Source of the DNA: an uncultured delta proteobacterium
GTDB taxonomy: Bacteria; Myxococcota_A; Polyangia; Palsa-1104
Reading direction: 5' to 3'
Assembly: GCA_963785725.1 (NCBI GenBank)
Contig: CAWAWS010000027.1
Span: 5,708-69,707 of the forward strand
Length of the DNA stretch: 64,000 nucleotides
The notes beneath the pieces were generated by a model. The model worked only from the letters and a program-made list of their open reading frames with translations. It did not search any database and had not been told where the DNA came from. A program made the position numbers and the translations under genes. Below, one piece after another: positions 61,151 to 64,000 of this stretch (position 1 is its first letter; the number at the start of each line of letters is the position of its first letter).

Positions 61151-61633
61151 ATGGACCGCCGCGCCGCCACCCTCGATCGCCGCGTCGACGAACTCGTGCG
61201 CCGCTGTCGTGACGCGGGGCTGAACGTCACGCCGCAGCGCTTGGCCGTCTATCGCGCGCTCCTCGAGTCCGAAGATCATCCCAGCCCCGAGCAGCTCTAT
61301 CAGCGCGTGCGACCGCTCATGCCCTCGTTGTCGCTGGCGACCATCTACAAGGCGCTCGACGCGCTGCAGGCGCTCGGCCTCGTCGAGGAAGTGTCGCCTT
61401 TGGGTGAGCACAAACGCTACGACGCCAATGATGATCGCCATCATCATTTGGTCTGCACCCAGTGCCACAAGGTGTCCGACTTCTACGACGAGCGCTTCGA
61501 CGCGCTGGCGCCACCGCCGAAGCTGGGCGGATTTCACGTGCAGACGCTGACCGTGCAGCTCAAAGGGCTGTGCCGCGATTGCGCGGCGCCTCCGCGGACC
61601 AAGAAGAGTAGCAAAGAGACGAGACGCAGTTAG
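61151..61633 (+). CDS. Fur-family transcriptional regulator (PerR-like)
   Basis: TPQR, HPSPE, SLATIYKAL, HHHLVCTQC, GLCRDC. Confidence 0.92.
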   Translation: MDRRAATLDRRVDELVRRCRDAGLNVTPQRLAVYRALLESEDHPSPEQLYQRVRPLMPSLSLATIYKALDALQALGLVEEVSPLGEHKRYDANDDRHHHLVCTQCHKVSDFYDERFDALAPPPKLGGFHVQTLTVQLKGLCRDCAAPPRTKKSSKETRRS

Positions 61634-61644
61634 TGGACCGCCGC

Positions 61645-61659
61645 GGAGAATGATTCTCC
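61645..61659. promoter_or_regulatory. Second, identical Fur/Per-like box
   Basis: GGAGAATGATTCTCC between the fur gene and the diheme peroxidase gene. Confidence 0.75.
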
Positions 61660-61690
61660 ACGGCCGAACCCTCCAAAGGGGAGGTGCACG

Positions 61691-62992
61691 ATGCGAACGA
61701 GCAGCAAGCTAGTCGCCATGGTGTTGGCGGCGGGCGCCGTGGGAGTCGTCCGGGCCGACGCGCCCAAGCCCGACCCGCTGCCCAAGCCGGGCCCGCTGGC
61801 GCAGCCGGCGCCCAACACGCAGCCGGGCTATCCGCACGATCTCTATCGCGCCACCTTGCCCGCGGACAATCCCGACTCGGCCGACAAAGTGGCGCTGGGC
61901 GAGAAGCTGTTCTTCGACGGGCGCCTGTCGGCCGACGGCACCGTCGCCTGCGCGACCTGTCACGATCCGCAAAAGGGCTTCACCGATCAGCACCCGACGT
62001 CGATCGGCATTCGCGGGCAAAAAGGGCAGCGCAACGCGCCGACGGTGTTGAACGCGCTGTTCAACGACACGCAGTTTTGGGACGGTCGCGCGGCCAAGCT
62101 CGAGGATCAGGCGAAGCTGCCGATCTTGAATCCGATCGAGATGGGCCAGAAGTCGCCCGACGACGTCATGGCGGCGATCGGCAAAGTGCCCGAGTATCAA
62201 GCGGCGTTTCAAAAGGTGTTCGGTCGCGCGGCCAATTACGACGACTTGGCGCGCGCCATCGCCGCCTACGAGCGCTCGCAAGCGGCGACGGGCTCGCGCT
62301 TCGATCGCTTCATCGCCGGCGACGAGAACGCGCTGACGGCGCAAGAGCGGCGCGGCTGGGCGCTGTTCAACGGCAAAGGCCGCTGCATGTCGTGCCACGC
62401 GTTCAACCCGACGCAGCCGACGTTCAGCGACAACAAGTTCCACAACATCGGCGTCTCGGCGCACAAGCAGAACTTCGTCGAGCTGGCGCGCAAGGGCTTG
62501 AAGCTCGTCGACTCGGCCAGCGCCGAAGCGGTCGATCGCGCGGCCATCGAGACCGACATGAGCGAGCTCGGCCGCTTCCTCGTCACCAAGCAGCCGAAGG
62601 ACGTAGGCGCGTTCAAGACGCCGGGCCTGCGCAACCTGCTCGTGACACAGCCCTACTTCCACGACGGCTCGCAGGCGACGTTGTGGGACATCGTCGATCA
62701 CTACAACAAAGGCGGCATTCAGAACCCGTTCCTCGACGGTGGCATCACGCGTCTCGGGATGACCGAGCCGGAGATCGACGATCTCGTGGCCTTCCTGTTC
62801 GCGCTGACGAGCGATCGTTACGAGCCGCTGGCGAAGAAGGAGCTGGCACGGCAGCGCGCCCTGGCGCGCACGACGCGGCCGCAGCGCGACACCGCGGCCG
62901 CGACGGCGAAGACGGCGAGCCTGAAGCCGCCCTTCGGCGACATCGCGCCCAATCCGACGCTCAAAGATCCGTCACGAATCGGAGGGAGATAG
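61691..62992 (+). CDS. Diheme cytochrome c peroxidase / MauG family protein
   Basis: Signal peptide; LGEKLFFD, CATCH, RNAPT, FWDGRA, CMSCH, FKTPGLRN, PYFHDG; GGAGGT RBS. Confidence 0.92.
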   Translation: MRTSSKLVAMVLAAGAVGVVRADAPKPDPLPKPGPLAQPAPNTQPGYPHDLYRATLPADNPDSADKVALGEKLFFDGRLSADGTVACATCHDPQKGFTDQHPTSIGIRGQKGQRNAPTVLNALFNDTQFWDGRAAKLEDQAKLPILNPIEMGQKSPDDVMAAIGKVPEYQAAFQKVFGRAANYDDLARAIAAYERSQAATGSRFDRFIAGDENALTAQERRGWALFNGKGRCMSCHAFNPTQPTFSDNKFHNIGVSAHKQNFVELARKGLKLVDSASAEAVDRAAIETDMSELGRFLVTKQPKDVGAFKTPGLRNLLVTQPYFHDGSQATLWDIVDHYNKGGIQNPFLDGGITRLGMTEPEIDDLVAFLFALTSDRYEPLAKKELARQRALARTTRPQRDTAAATAKTASLKPPFGDIAPNPTLKDPSRIGGR

Positions 62993-62994
62993 CC

Positions 62995-64000
62995 ATGGCC
63001 ATTCGCCACAAGAGCGTCGAGACCAAGTTCATGGAGGAGCGCGAAGCGGCGTTGCGCGCGCTCAAAGGGCTCGATCGCCGCACCTTCTTGAAGACGGCGG
63101 CGGCAGCGGCGGGCGCGGTCATGGCCGGCGGCCTCATCGCGCCCCACTCGTTCCAGCTCGTCAACGTCGCGCACGGCGCGCCCGACAAGGCGCAAGGCGG
63201 GCGCGGAATGGGCGGCAAGACGCCCTTTACGTTCGCGTACATCTCGGACACGCATCTATACGAAAAGGGGCTCAACGAACGCTTCGTGCGCTCGGCGATG
63301 AAGGCGGTCGAGGACGTCAACGCGCTCGATCCGCAGCCCGACTTCGTCTTCTTCGGCGGCGACTTGGCGCAGCTCGGCGCGCCCAAAGAGCTCGAGCTCG
63401 GCGCGCAGATTTTGAAGGAGGTCAAAGCGCCGGTGAAGATGATGGTCGGCGAGCACGACTGGTTCCTCGACATGGGCGACAAGTGGCAGGAGCTGTTCGG
63501 CCCGCCGACCTACTCGTTCGACTGGAAAGGCGTGCACTGCGTCGTGCTCATGAGCGTGCAGGAGCGCGACTTCTGGACGTCGCGCAAGATGACGCCGCAG
63601 GAGCGCATGCACACCGTGGCCGGGCTCGACAACGGCACGCAGTCGCGCTTCGAGGTCGGCGAGGCCGGGCGCAATTGGCTCAAGAACGACCTGTCGAAGA
63701 TTTCGCACGACACGCCGCTCATCGTGTTCTCGCACTCGCCGCTCTATAAATATTATCGCGACTGGAACTTCTGGACCGACGACGCCGACGAGGTGCAGGC
63801 GATCTTGCGGCCGTACAAGCAAGTGACGGTCTTGCACGGCCACACGCATCAGATGCTGTCGAACCGCATCGGCAACATCGACTTCCACGGCTTTTTGTCG
63901 ACGGCGTGGCCGTGGCCGTACGCGCCGCAAGGTCTACCGCCGCTGACGATTCAGATGAACCGCGCCGATCCGTTCGATCAGTTCGACGGCTGCGGCGACG
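62995..64000 (+). CDS. Tat-exported calcineurin-like metallophosphoesterase, truncated by window end
   Basis: Translated by hand (absent from the ORF track): MAIRHKSVET..DRRTFLK (Tat), ISDTH, GGD, GEHD, SHSP, HGHTH. Confidence 0.88.
   Translation, partial: MAIRHKSVETKFMEEREAALRALKGLDRRTFLKTAAAAAGAVMAGGLIAPHSFQLVNVAHGAPDKAQGGRGMGGKTPFTFAYISDTHLYEKGLNERFVRSAMKAVEDVNALDPQPDFVFFGGDLAQLGAPKELELGAQILKEVKAPVKMMVGEHDWFLDMGDKWQELFGPPTYSFDWKGVHCVVLMSVQERDFWTSRKMTPQERMHTVAGLDNGTQSRFEVGEAGRNWLKNDLSKISHDTPLIVFSHSPLYKYYRDWNFWTDDADEVQAILRPYKQVTVLHGHTHQMLSNRIGNIDFHGFLSTAWPWPYAPQGLPPLTIQMNRADPFDQFDGCGD

Overview
Very GC-rich bacterial chromosome segment, most likely Myxococcota (inferred from a MYXO-CTERM-type sorting signal, an ECF sigma/FecR-TPR cassette, DUF2378-like proteins, a Ser/Thr kinase and Gly-rich secreted lipoproteins). 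It holds about 49 genes. I saw no rRNA, tRNA, CRISPR, transposase or integrase. The best candidate for a new system is a translationally coupled four-gene operon at 559-4641 (minus strand): unknown gene, MotA/TolQ-type channel with a ~500-aa 11-residue-repeat tail, MotB/OmpA partner with the conserved transmembrane Asp, unknown gene. This is a Zorya-like (type III-like layout) ion motor with unrecognised partners. Other notable items are a complete minCDE operon; a sigma54-driven split KdpD/histidine kinase unit with a visible -24/-12 promoter and enhancer sites; and a Fur/PerR gene with two identical operators, followed by a MauG-like diheme enzyme and a Tat metallophosphoesterase. There is also a divergent CP-ATP-grasp/alpha-E/transglutaminase cluster with an 11-bp-phased operator, KstR-like boxes before a GMC oxidoreductase, and a ~130-bp non-coding element present twice, each copy next to minisatellites. 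Two genes carry single extra-G frameshifts that are probably sequencing errors. All family assignments come from recognising motifs by eye; no database searches were run.
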